DNA of 64,000 bases from Candidatus Poribacteria bacterium (GTDB lineage Bacteria > Poribacteria > WGA-4E > WGA-3G). Location: assembly GCA_964291315.2 (NCBI GenBank), contig OZ219750.1:256001-320000 (forward strand). Direction: 5' to 3'. Position 1 is the first letter of the stretch; every line of letters starts with the position of its first letter. Positions 21,079 through 31,012 of the stretch are shown here, in pieces. A model generated the notes under the pieces. It was not told the DNA's origin. It worked only from the letters and a program-made list of their open reading frames with translations, and did not search any database. The position numbers and the translations under genes were made by a program.

Positions 21079-23871
21079 TTATTGAGTGCTGATAGCCGGC
21101 TGCCGATAGTTAATGCGCAGATGTGGTCCTGTGGGGTATCTCCCTAGGCGTGCACCGTAGAGTGCAAGGCCTCCTTTCGCTTCAGCATCTGCTTTCACTT
21201 CATAACGGATTGTTAATGGGTCTGCGTTTTCATTCAAAACCAAAGATGTATCGAGTTTGATATTATGAAGGTATCCGTAGATACCGGGTTGCCCGTGGAT
21301 GTAAGAGAGCACCCCACGGGCATCCGCTGGGCAATCTGGAATTCGGATTGTGTCAATTTCAACGCCGTTAGCTGAGATCGTCACGTCCGAGGGGTGTTTC
21401 TCTGGTTCTGTTTGCCGCGCCCCGCCGTCCGAGCTGGAGGCTTCGAAGATAAGTTCCAGCTCGGTAACATCTGCTGTATTAATTCCTTCTGGCAGTGCTA
21501 TCTCATATTCGCAGTAACCTTTTCCGACCGCAGAGAAAAGTTGTTCACTCCTTGTCGGTTTTTCCCAAGAAAATGCGGACGTATTGCCAGGGGCATAGTT
21601 AACAGAAACTGATTTTGAATCACTTGATTCAACCAGCGAGGTTTCTGCTACAAAATGCTCGAAGTTGATAAAGTTACGGGTGACAACGGTTCCTGTAGAA
21701 TCTGTTACCCAGATGTGCAATGTGCCAACTGCCGGATGGATATGGGGTGCTACAAGTTCTAATTCATGCACCCGCTTCACCTGATATTGTGGGAATGGAA
21801 TCTCAGTGCTTCCTGAGACGTACCCCCGTGTAACGTGTCCGGTTGCTGACATCACGTCTAGTTGCCAATGGAGGGTTGTACCCGTAATCGTTTTGTGTGA
21901 AAAATGGCTTGCGTAGATGTCGGTCTTTATTCGTTCCCCTGGAACGACCGTTTTGCCGGGTGGGTAGTCGATAGCGATAAAGTCAAGGGCATTGATATCC
22001 AGAGAGTTGTATCCGAATTCCTTTATCGACCGATCATAATTCATGAAGCCGTTGTGTTCCCATTCGATGTCTTGTAGTTCTGTGTAGACATAACCACAGA
22101 TTTTCGGATGGAGACGAAGTTCATTAGTAAGATATTTGAAGCACCAAGATATATCCTTATCACCTGCCCCAGCTGAGATCCCGCCATATTCACTGTTAAT
22201 CAGCGGTGCATCTGTTTGTATATTACCGCCGACGTAGTTAAATGTTGAGCCTGGATACGTCTTTTCTACGACGTTCGCTATGTGTTTTTTCGCTTGTTCA
22301 TAATCATTAATATAGAAGTGCCATGAGTTGATTTCGGTTTCCACATGGTCATACAGACATGGCGAGTTGTCCTCTATCAGGCGTGTGCCATCTAATGCTT
22401 TGGCAAGGTGGTACATCTTTCGTACCCATTCTTGTCGCTCAGGCATTTCTTTGTATTTTCTGCCGCCGAGTCCCCAAGTTTCGTTGAAATTGCACCAGGA
22501 GATGATAGAGGGGTGATTGTAATCGCGCGCGATCGTTCCGCGGAGTGTCTTCTCAAACCTTGTTTGTGCTTTATCCGTATAATTTCCGAAGTTGGGGATG
22601 TCGCACATAAAGAGCATACCTAGCTTATCGGCCCAGTAGTAGAGGCGGGGTTCGTCCACTTTGATATGCAAACGTAGAAAGTTGAATCCGAATTCCTTTG
22701 CCCTTTGGATGTCCGTTCGAATTGCTTCGTCTGTGAGGAAAGTGTAAACGCCTTCCGGGTTGAAAGACTGATTGAGGGCTCCAAGTAGGTAGATAGGCCG
22801 GTTATTGAGATATATATACTGATAGTCGGCACCTGGGGCTTTTGCAACAGAAACTTTCCGCATCCCAAAGTAGGTGAAAACTCTATCGATGACGGATTCC
22901 CCAGATATTAGCATCAGTGTGACATTATAGAGGTAAGGTGTTTCCACGTCCCAAAGGTGCAGGTGTTCTCGCGGGATGTTAATGAGAATTTCATAAGATG
23001 GATTTGTAGTCTCGGATTCCTCTGTTCGTTTTCCACTAGTTTTTACTGCAGTGCTACCGTTAAAAATAGTAGCCGTTGTTTCCACAGGAGAAACGCACTG
23101 CCAGTTAAGCGTGGTTCCTGCACTTATTTCTCCGTCAATTTTGACATCAAAAGTGGCGGTGCTATTGTCAATATCTGGTGTGATAAGGCATTCTTTTATA
23201 TATGTAGCGTTTCTGGGCTCAAGGTAGACGGTTTGCCAAATACCGCTGGTGCGAGCGTACCAACCTATCTGTTTTCCGGCGAGTTGTTCGCCATGGTCTT
23301 GAGCATCATAAGCACGAACGACGATGCAGGTCGGTTCCCCAGGTGTAAGTGCCTCTGTGATGTCAAGTTCGAACGGTAGGTATCCATTTTCATGTTCATC
23401 GATATATTCCCCGTTTATCCAGACTTTTGCGTGCCAATCCACTGCGCCGAATGTCAGTATTGTCCGTTTTCCGGTCCATGTTTCTGGAACAGATACAGTT
23501 TTACGGTACCACCCGATAGTATGTCGCGGTGCTTCGCGGTAGTTGCCGCTGCGTTCAATGCCTCCATAGGTGACCTCTTCAGGGGTTAGATAGGCATTTT
23601 TGCTCAGGTAGTTTTTGTTGTCCGCTTGTTTTTCTTTTCCCCATGCTGCGAGGCTTTCCCAAGGGTAGGGAACTTGTATTTGTAATGTCCACGGGGAATC
23701 GGAAGTTAGTTTCGGGGCAAACCAATGATCTTGTTCGCCTGCGTCGTCTGGATCAAAAGCGAATTCCCATGGACCGTTGAGGCATATCCAGTCAATACCT
23801 TCTGATGTTCCACGCTGAAAGTCTGGACGCGGATACTCTGGGCGGGGTATGTCTGTGTTACTTCTTGTCAT
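21079..23871 (-). CDS. Glycoside hydrolase family 2 (beta-galactosidase/glucuronidase-like)
   Basis: PRPEYPRP, LTFGAVDW, SGIWQTVYLE, GFNFLRLHIK, NHPSIISWCNFNETWG, INSEYG; start set at ATG 23871 (RBS AAGGA). Confidence 0.88.
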   Translation of the reverse strand: MTRSNTDIPRPEYPRPDFQRGTSEGIDWICLNGPWEFAFDPDDAGEQDHWFAPKLTSDSPWTLQIQVPYPWESLAAWGKEKQADNKNYLSKNAYLTPEEVTYGGIERSGNYREAPRHTIGWYRKTVSVPETWTGKRTILTFGAVDWHAKVWINGEYIDEHENGYLPFELDITEALTPGEPTCIVVRAYDAQDHGEQLAGKQIGWYARTSGIWQTVYLEPRNATYIKECLITPDIDNSTATFDVKIDGEISAGTTLNWQCVSPVETTATIFNGSTAVKTSGKRTEESETTNPSYEILINIPREHLHLWDVETPYLYNVTLMLISGESVIDRVFTYFGMRKVSVAKAPGADYQYIYLNNRPIYLLGALNQSFNPEGVYTFLTDEAIRTDIQRAKEFGFNFLRLHIKVDEPRLYYWADKLGMLFMCDIPNFGNYTDKAQTRFEKTLRGTIARDYNHPSIISWCNFNETWGLGGRKYKEMPERQEWVRKMYHLAKALDGTRLIEDNSPCLYDHVETEINSWHFYINDYEQAKKHIANVVEKTYPGSTFNYVGGNIQTDAPLINSEYGGISAGAGDKDISWCFKYLTNELRLHPKICGYVYTELQDIEWEHNGFMNYDRSIKEFGYNSLDINALDFIAIDYPPGKTVVPGERIKTDIYASHFSHKTITGTTLHWQLDVMSATGHVTRGYVSGSTEIPFPQYQVKRVHELELVAPHIHPAVGTLHIWVTDSTGTVVTRNFINFEHFVAETSLVESSDSKSVSVNYAPGNTSAFSWEKPTRSEQLFSAVGKGYCEYEIALPEGINTADVTELELIFEASSSDGGARQTEPEKHPSDVTISANGVEIDTIRIPDCPADARGVLSYIHGQPGIYGYLHNIKLDTSLVLNENADPLTIRYEVKADAEAKGGLALYGARLGRYPTGPHLRINYRQPAISTQ

Positions 23872-24668
23872 GTTTTCCTTTTTATGGGTTGTTGGTTGTA
23901 TCAGCTGCGTAGTACTTGAATCACACAAGGTCTTTTAAGCATTAACCAATATACCATAAATCGTTTCTTTTTCCAATTTTTTTATTAATGCCTTGTGCTC
24001 ATTAATTTTTTATAATCTTTTGTTGAAGGCTGCGAAATGTGCAATGGCAGAACGACGTGTCGGAGTCTGAAGTGCGCGGAACCCCTGTGCTGGAAATAAC
24101 GCATGTGGATGCCAAAACACCACCGGTTGGTGTACCAGAGATAATACCAAAATAAGAAAAAGTTGTGAATGCTATGTCTCTGGAAACAGTTGCTCAAGAC
24201 GAACGGGAACAACAACCTGCATCGGTCGAAGTACATGCAGTGCAGGACAGTGTAGATAAACAAGTACACCAGGAATGTATGAAAAAACCGGCAACCTACC
24301 TTGCTTGTTTAGTTAAAAAGAGCTATGATTTAGGAAACCACTTCCTAGCCCACTTCATTCTGTTAGGAGCTCTGACCCGAAGATCACCATACTCTTTACG
24401 AGCTGTAGGAGCTTCCCAATCGTTGCGGTTACATAGGTATTTTTCATACGCATTTCTCCTATTTTATATTTTCGCGTTGTAGGAGCCCTGGTCGCTCCTC
24501 TCTCAAGTTATAGACTATTTTTTCAATAATTTCAAGTAGCCCGGTTTAATGTAGAAATTAGCAGTGATTAGCTTGCGCCGTTGTAGGTTTCGGTCCCAAC
24601 GCTCGGCAACTATAACAAATGGTATCACATCACTAAGGACGGGTTTTGGATTGGCAAGACAAGCGCTC

Positions 24669-24736
24669 AGAGTAGCAGCAGCTAATGGGTGTGTCAAGTA
24701 AATAATTTTGACAATTTCGGAAAAATCTATTATAAT
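24669..24736. promoter_or_regulatory. Back-to-back sigma70-type promoters
   Basis: Plus: TTGACA (24708) - 17 bp - TATAAT (24731), perfect consensus. Minus: TTGACA (24697-24692) - 17 bp - TACTCT with extended -10 TG. Confidence 0.65.
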
Positions 24737-24918
24737 ATTAGAATAGATCACATTGTTTCCGAAGTCTTAGCTAAGATGGCATAAGTTGTGAGGTTTGGTG
24801 TCGGTATCAAAATGATCTTCGTCTGTGACGGAGTGTGTCGAACTATACTATTAGGTTTAAAAGTTTCGTTTACAAGTCTATATGTTCTTAGAAATTTTAG
24901 GGCTGCAGGAGTGCAATT

Positions 24919-25632
24919 TTGTTTGTTGGAAGTCTTGCATCTTCAAAACCACACATCCATATTGCTCCATCGGTGATGTGCGCCGATTTGTGTAACTTGG
25001 AAGCCGACATTCGGGAATTAGAAGTAGCTGGTATTGACATGTTGCATGTTGACTTGATGGATGGGCATTTCGTTCCGAATATGCCGATAGGCCTTGTGCT
25101 TATTCAGCAGTTGCGTCTCAAAACAGACCTCGCTTTTGACATTCACCTTATGGTGGAAAACAACGATTTTTTTGTCGAGGCAGTTGCGGAAATTGGTGTG
25201 CAACAGATAGCCGTTCACGTTGAGTCATCGACACATCTTGATAGAACCTTAGCTCTGGTTCGAACGTACGGAATTAAAGCAGGAGTCGCGCTGAACCCTG
25301 CTACTCCACTTTCTGTGTTGGATTACGTTCTTGATCGGCTCGATTTTGTGCTGATTATGACAGTGAATCCTGGGTTTGCCGGGCAGAAGATGGTGCCGGC
25401 AACGCTCCGAAAAATTGCGGAATGTCGTGCTTTTTTGGATAGGCGTGGAACCGAGCTGCTAATTGAAGTTGACGGCAACGTTAGTTTCGAGAATATCCCC
25501 AAAATGGTGTCTGCGGGTGCTGACATCTTAGTCGGCGGCACTAGTAGTGTGTTTCACAAGTCTGGTTCACGAGCGGAAAACATCCGGCGGACTCAGCAGG
25601 CGATCGCCTTGGGAATCGCTGAGAGGTTTTAA
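24919..25632 (+). CDS. Ribulose-phosphate 3-epimerase family protein (Rpe/AlsE-like)
   Basis: IAPS, HVDLMDGHFVPN, DIHLMV, MTVNPGFAGQ, EVDG. Confidence 0.9.
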   Translation: MFVGSLASSKPHIHIAPSVMCADLCNLEADIRELEVAGIDMLHVDLMDGHFVPNMPIGLVLIQQLRLKTDLAFDIHLMVENNDFFVEAVAEIGVQQIAVHVESSTHLDRTLALVRTYGIKAGVALNPATPLSVLDYVLDRLDFVLIMTVNPGFAGQKMVPATLRKIAECRAFLDRRGTELLIEVDGNVSFENIPKMVSAGADILVGGTSSVFHKSGSRAENIRRTQQAIALGIAERF

Positions 25633-25798
25633 AGGACTGAATTTAATCGGGGCCGATGGGGTTTCGGGGCGAATTGTATTGTCTTTTCGGGTTTCTAGTT
25701 AGTTCCTGAAAAGTCTTTTTGCGGCGTAAAAAGGTTTCTTAGCAATTTTAGAAGGGCTTTGGCGAAGGAAGCCCTATCTAAAGTAATCGATAAATATA

Positions 25799-26854
25799 AT
25801 GGAAGCACTTGTTCTGCACGGCATTGGAGATTTACGATTAGATCAGATTGCTGTACCACATCTTGCTGAGGGGATGGTCCGCGTCCGAATCGGTTTCTGT
25901 GGGGTTTGTGGTTCCGATATACCAAGAATTTTTGTCAAAGGCACTTATAGTTTCCCCACAGTTTGCGGACACGAACTTTCTGGCATTGTTGACGCGTGTG
26001 GTCCCGGCGTTTGTGGTTTTTCTCCGAGCGATCTTGTCGTTGTTTTTCCGCTTTTCTGGTGTGGTAAGTGTTCAGCGTGTGAACATGGGAAATATGTCCA
26101 GTGTCACGACTACGACTATCTCGGTTCCCGGAGCGATGGTGCCTTCGCTGAATATGTCGTTGTGCCGCAACAAAATTTGATACTTGTTCCAGCGGGCGTA
26201 ACACTTGAAGAAGCTTCGATGACAGAGCCAGCTGCAGTTGCTCTACATGCTCTCCGTCGGGTTCAAACGTCACTTGTTGGAAAGACTGTTGCTATCTTTG
26301 GGGCGGGCCCCATCGGGTTAATGACTGCGCAGTGGGCAAGGATCATGGGGGCAGCGGAGATATTTCTCTTTGACATCGTTGCTGAAAAATTGGTGCTTGC
26401 AGAGGGATTGGGTTTCGAAAAGGTTTTTAATAGTACAAGGGAAGATCCGGTTGAAGTCGTGAACATACATACTGATGGAAAGGGTGCGCATGTCTGTGTC
26501 GAGGCTGCAGGGGTCCCGACTACCTATCGCGATGCCCTCAACAGTGTCGGGCGCGGCGGTTGTGTTGTGTTCCTCGGTAACCCTGATACAGATGTGACAC
26601 TATCTGCGGAACTTCTATCACAATTGATGCGGCGTGAGGTGAGTATTTTCGGAACATGGAATTCCGATTATAGTGCTGCAGGTAACGACGATGACTGGAG
26701 TACCGTACTTCAAGCGATGGCTTCTGGTATGCTAACGCTTATGCCCCTAATAACGCATAAAGTACCATTGGTAGATGGTGCTGACATCTTGCATAAAATG
26801 AGAGACAAAAGCGAATTTTACGCAAAGGTTTTGATTCATCCATCGGAGGTATAG
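25799..26854 (+). CDS. Zn-dependent sugar-alcohol(-phosphate) dehydrogenase (GatD-like)
   Basis: GVCGSD, GHE, structural CGKCSAC...C, GAGPIG, GTWNS. Confidence 0.85.
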   Translation: MEALVLHGIGDLRLDQIAVPHLAEGMVRVRIGFCGVCGSDIPRIFVKGTYSFPTVCGHELSGIVDACGPGVCGFSPSDLVVVFPLFWCGKCSACEHGKYVQCHDYDYLGSRSDGAFAEYVVVPQQNLILVPAGVTLEEASMTEPAAVALHALRRVQTSLVGKTVAIFGAGPIGLMTAQWARIMGAAEIFLFDIVAEKLVLAEGLGFEKVFNSTREDPVEVVNIHTDGKGAHVCVEAAGVPTTYRDALNSVGRGGCVVFLGNPDTDVTLSAELLSQLMRREVSIFGTWNSDYSAAGNDDDWSTVLQAMASGMLTLMPLITHKVPLVDGADILHKMRDKSEFYAKVLIHPSEV

Positions 26855-27026
26855 CGGTCCGCGATCAGGGTATTCCCCGCCCGTTCTTTCAGCAATTAGT
26901 TTTAACGGTTCGGAGTTTTACATAAAGGGTCCTTTGGGGCGATTACTTCGGGCTAATCTATATCGCTCCTATGATGGATATAAGTGATTAAAAACTATTC
27001 CTCTGATGGCTGACCACTATTAAAAT

Positions 27027-28067
27027 ATGAAAGCAGCTATACTTGAAAGTCTTGCGAGTTTAAGTGTGAAGGAAGTTCCCGAACCCGAAATTGACGATGA
27101 TGCTGCTTTAATGCGCGTTGAGGCTGTCAGTATATGTGGTTCTGATGTCCGCATTCTCCATCACGGTAACCCAAGGGTCAAACCTCCTGCTATTATTGGA
27201 CATGAAAATTCCGGGGTCATCGTTAAAACTGGCAAAAACGTAACGCGCGTCAAAGAAGGTGAGCGAGTGTCGATCGGTGCTGATGTTCCCTGTGGGCAGT
27301 GCCATTGGTGTCGAGATGGCCGCGGAAACAATTGTGCCATTAACTATGCTATCGGTTATCAAATTCCTGGTGCTTTTGCACAATATATGAAGCTCCCGCG
27401 TCTAGTTTTGGAGGGTGGGCCGGTTACACCTTTTGACGCGACCCTCAGTTTTGATGAGGCTGCGTTGGCTGAACCGCTGGCTTGCGCTATTAACGGGCTT
27501 GAGCTCGTCAACATGTCTCTCGGAAAAACAGTCGTTATCATTGGGCTAGGCCCCATCGGATGTATGATGATTGACCTCGCTCGGATTATGGGTGCCACAA
27601 AGGTGATCGGTGTCCAGCGAAGCAAGCTCCGTATGGAGATTGCGAAATTCTACGAGGCGGATGCTTATATCGCTTCTGAAGAGGAAGATGTTATTGAAAG
27701 ATGCAGGGAAGAAACGGGCGGCGAGGGCCCGGATATTGTCGTTACGACGTGTGGCTCTGTTGATGCGCATGAGCAAGGGGTTGAAATGGTCGCACACCGT
27801 GGATATGTCAATCTATTTGGTGGATTGCCAAAGACGATGCGCCCGATGAGCGTTCACTCAAATGTTATCCACTACAAGGAGTGTTTTGTCACAGGCTCAC
27901 ATGGATGTGTCCCGCGCCATCATGAGTTAGCGGTTCGGCTTCTTGAAAAAGGATTAGTGCGTGTGAAGCCGCTAATCACGCATCACTTTCCGCTCGTTGA
28001 GATTGACAAGGCGTTTGAAGCAATGGAATCCCGGAAGGGAATGAAGATTATGATACACCCGCATTAG
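27027..28067 (+). CDS. Zn-dependent alcohol/iditol dehydrogenase
   Basis: ICGSD, GHE, CGQCHWC...C, GLGPIG, IHYKE. Confidence 0.87.
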   Translation: MKAAILESLASLSVKEVPEPEIDDDAALMRVEAVSICGSDVRILHHGNPRVKPPAIIGHENSGVIVKTGKNVTRVKEGERVSIGADVPCGQCHWCRDGRGNNCAINYAIGYQIPGAFAQYMKLPRLVLEGGPVTPFDATLSFDEAALAEPLACAINGLELVNMSLGKTVVIIGLGPIGCMMIDLARIMGATKVIGVQRSKLRMEIAKFYEADAYIASEEEDVIERCREETGGEGPDIVVTTCGSVDAHEQGVEMVAHRGYVNLFGGLPKTMRPMSVHSNVIHYKECFVTGSHGCVPRHHELAVRLLEKGLVRVKPLITHHFPLVEIDKAFEAMESRKGMKIMIHPH

Positions 28068-28084
28068 GAGAAGAAAGGGAGATA

Positions 28085-28600
28085 ATGCAGGATTTTTCGC
28101 GGTTTATTCGAGAAGTACCCGATTTTCCGAAACCTAATATTTTATTCAAAGATATCACGCCACTTTTAGCAAATCCAGCTGCTTTTCATAAAGTAATTGA
28201 TGAGTTTGTACTCCGTTATGAATCTAAAGTAATTGATGCTGTTGTTGGAGTAGAGGCGCGCGGCTTCATTTTTGCTTCTGCCCTCGCTTACCGCCTGGGT
28301 TCCGCTTTTGTCCCCATCCGAAAAAGCGGTAAATTACCCTTTGATAAGTATGAAGTCACGTATGATCTTGAATACAGTAATGATACAGTGGCAATTCATC
28401 AAGATGCGTTTTCCAAAGGCAGTAAAGTGCTACTATGTGACGATATCCTAGCAACTGGTGGGACGCTTGCTGCGTCGGTCAGACTCATTGAAAAGCTAGA
28501 GGGGCACCTCGTTGGCATCGCTTTCTTAATTGAATTGACCGAACTCAACGGTAGGGGGAAGATTCCAAACCACGATATTTTTTCGCTCATTAAATACTAA
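28085..28600 (+). CDS. apt: Adenine phosphoribosyltransferase
   Basis: VPDFPKPNILFKDITPLL, EARGF, RKSGKLP, DDILATGGT. Confidence 0.96.
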   Translation: MQDFSRFIREVPDFPKPNILFKDITPLLANPAAFHKVIDEFVLRYESKVIDAVVGVEARGFIFASALAYRLGSAFVPIRKSGKLPFDKYEVTYDLEYSNDTVAIHQDAFSKGSKVLLCDDILATGGTLAASVRLIEKLEGHLVGIAFLIELTELNGRGKIPNHDIFSLIKY

Positions 28601-28654
28601 ATTTTGCCCACATGCGGCGAAATTTGTCTTGATTCGAATTCATATTGGTCGCTT

Positions 28655-28727
28655 GCGCCTGTAGCTCAGGGGATAGAGCAGAGGCTTCCTAAGCCTCGTG
28701 TCGGGGGTTCGATTCCTCCCAGGCGCG
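28655..28727 (+). tRNA. tRNA-Arg(CCT)
   Basis: Acceptor stem GCGCCTG/CAGGCGC, D-arm GCTC/GAGC, anticodon arm GAGGC-TTCCTAA-GCCTC, T-loop GTTCGATTC; CCA not encoded. Confidence 0.96.
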
Positions 28728-28869
28728 TTAACGGTTGATTGCTATCAGCTGTTAGAAACCATCTGTCGTTTATTTGTGACGGTAAGACGTTCACAATCGT
28801 TACATGTCTTACTGACTGCTGACGGCTGCTTGACTAACAACTATTCTAATGTCTTAGGAGTAAAATTGG

Positions 28870-30831
28870 ATGTACAGATTTAATATCTGGAAAATTGTTT
28901 TAATCGTGGGGGTTTTGATATTTTCTGCGCTATACCTCATTCCTACCCCGGATAATCTCTACAATTCGTTGTATGGGAATCTCCCGCTTTGGATGCAGGA
29001 AGAGCTTCCGCTTTTTGAAGTCAGCGAAGACAGTGAAAAAAAGAGTGTGGCTTTTAAAGTGAACCTTGCAGAAGTCGAGTACCCGCAAGGGGTAAACTTC
29101 CAGGATACGACCTTTGAGCTGCAGGATATCTTCCGCGTTCATTTAAGGAATCTTGGTTTTGAGGAGACGTTTGATTATGAATTTGATACCACGGAAGCGC
29201 GCGAATTTTACGTTCGACTTGTTTCGGAGGAGGCGCTTCAAAACCCACACCTGACGCTTGAGAATTTGCATCTATATGGTAGCCTTCCTGTAATCCTCCG
29301 ACGGCTTATACCGGACAATAGGTTGAAGTTAGGTTTGGATCTCAAAGGTGGTGTACACCTTGTCCTTGAAGTAGATTTAGAGACCTCTAAAACAGCGCTG
29401 CTCCGCGAACACGCGATCTCGATTCCAGAACGTCTTCGCGCAGATGATGTTTTGTGTCGAGACGTTCAGCAGGTGGGCGGACAGGATATTCTCAATGTGT
29501 TCATAGGTATTCCTTCTCGGATCCGAACGGATGCTGCACAAAAGGCGGCTTATCTTGAGAGAGCCGGGCAACTCTTGAGCGAAATCGAATTTTTTGAGTC
29601 TCCTCGGATACAAGCTGAGACAGAGACACAATCTACATATCAACTAAAACTTAGCGAATCGGGCATACAGCAGTACACTGAACAGGCGATTGAGCAAGTA
29701 CTCATTGTGCTTCGAAATCGCGTCGATGCCTTCGGTGTTTCGGAGCCCTCAATCCGTCGAGAGGCGAACCATCCTCGAATTATTGTTGAGCTCCCGGGTG
29801 CTAAAGATTCCTCGAAACCGCTCCAAATTGTGAAGGCAATGGGCCGGCTCGAATTTAAACTGGTTAAAAAACCGTCTACTGGCGGGAGTTTATGGAGTGG
29901 AACTGCCGATACACCGCCTCCGGATAATATACCCGAAGATAGCGAAATCCGATACCATTCCGAAACCGGCGATTGGTACGTTTTGGAAAGTCCGGTACTC
30001 TTGAGCGGTGACCGCATTAACGACGCTGGCCCCTCTACCGGTAGAACTAATTTTGACATAGTTGTTTCGATGAGTTTTGATAGTATAGGTAGGCGGAAGT
30101 TTGCTGAGATCACGGGTGCCCATATCGGGGAACACTTGGCAATCCTTCTTGATGACAAAGTCCAATCTGCACCCGTTATTCAGGACCAAATTGTCGGAAA
30201 CGCTATTATTCAGGGGAACTTCACTTATGAGGAAGCCAGTTATCTCTCCAATATCTTGAAAGCCGGGGCGTTTCCAGTAGGGGTCCAGATCGCAGAAGAA
30301 CGTGCCGTTGGCCCGACCCTTGGAAAAGAATCTATTGAGGACGGTATTATTGCCGCTATCGTCGGTTTAGGGGGGGTCTTAATCTTCATGATAATCTACT
30401 ACCGTTTATCTGGGATTATCGCAATCGTTGCACTTGTTTTTAATATGCTCATCATTCTCGGGGCGTTGGCAGGATTTGGGGCAGCATTGACTCTGCCCGG
30501 TATTGCCGGACTCGTGCTCACTATTGGTATGTCTGTTGATGCGAATGTGCTCATCTTTGAACGAATTCGAGAAGAATTGCGAACTGGTAAAACTGTCAAC
30601 TCCGCGATTGCTAGTGGATATCAACGGGCATTTCTAACGATCTTAGATGCCAACCTTACGACTTTCTTTACTGCCCTTGTCCTTTACCACTTCGGGACAG
30701 GTCCAATTAAAGGATTTGCCGTAACACTTGGCATCGGTATTCTTGCAAGTATGTTCACAGCGATTGTCGTCACACGCGAAATATACGCTTGGACAGTTGG
30801 AAATAGGGACACAGAGAAACTCAGCATTTAG
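28870..30831 (+). CDS. secD: Protein translocase subunit SecD
   Basis: LGLDLKGG, RNRVDAFGVSEP, VGPTLG, TLPGIAG, VDANVLIFERIREE. Confidence 0.96.
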   Translation: MYRFNIWKIVLIVGVLIFSALYLIPTPDNLYNSLYGNLPLWMQEELPLFEVSEDSEKKSVAFKVNLAEVEYPQGVNFQDTTFELQDIFRVHLRNLGFEETFDYEFDTTEAREFYVRLVSEEALQNPHLTLENLHLYGSLPVILRRLIPDNRLKLGLDLKGGVHLVLEVDLETSKTALLREHAISIPERLRADDVLCRDVQQVGGQDILNVFIGIPSRIRTDAAQKAAYLERAGQLLSEIEFFESPRIQAETETQSTYQLKLSESGIQQYTEQAIEQVLIVLRNRVDAFGVSEPSIRREANHPRIIVELPGAKDSSKPLQIVKAMGRLEFKLVKKPSTGGSLWSGTADTPPPDNIPEDSEIRYHSETGDWYVLESPVLLSGDRINDAGPSTGRTNFDIVVSMSFDSIGRRKFAEITGAHIGEHLAILLDDKVQSAPVIQDQIVGNAIIQGNFTYEEASYLSNILKAGAFPVGVQIAEERAVGPTLGKESIEDGIIAAIVGLGGVLIFMIIYYRLSGIIAIVALVFNMLIILGALAGFGAALTLPGIAGLVLTIGMSVDANVLIFERIREELRTGKTVNSAIASGYQRAFLTILDANLTTFFTALVLYHFGTGPIKGFAVTLGIGILASMFTAIVVTREIYAWTVGNRDTEKLSI

Positions 30832-31012
30832 TGATTTCCGGTTGTTAGCTATCAGTGATCAGTTAGCAGTAGATAGGACGGGTGTTCGTTTCGCTACTGC
30901 TATAAATTGCCTTTAATTGATAACTAACGACTGGCAATTTTATTTTTTATGGAGGGATGGTTGTCTAAGAAATGATTTTTGGATATCGGTTCAACTGACA
31001 ACTACTAAAAAA

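Noticed and set aside
24040-24482. Plus-strand frame with one internal TAA as a readthrough gene or pseudogene
   Set aside because: No recognisable homology or RBS; cannot be supported.
28655-28870. Integration site at tRNA-Arg
   Set aside because: No integrase or duplicated tRNA 3' end was seen, and the flanks are housekeeping genes.
30917-31012. N-terminal extension of SecF given by the ORF track
   Set aside because: It overlaps the heptamer repeat element; SecF-like sequence begins at TTG 31013.
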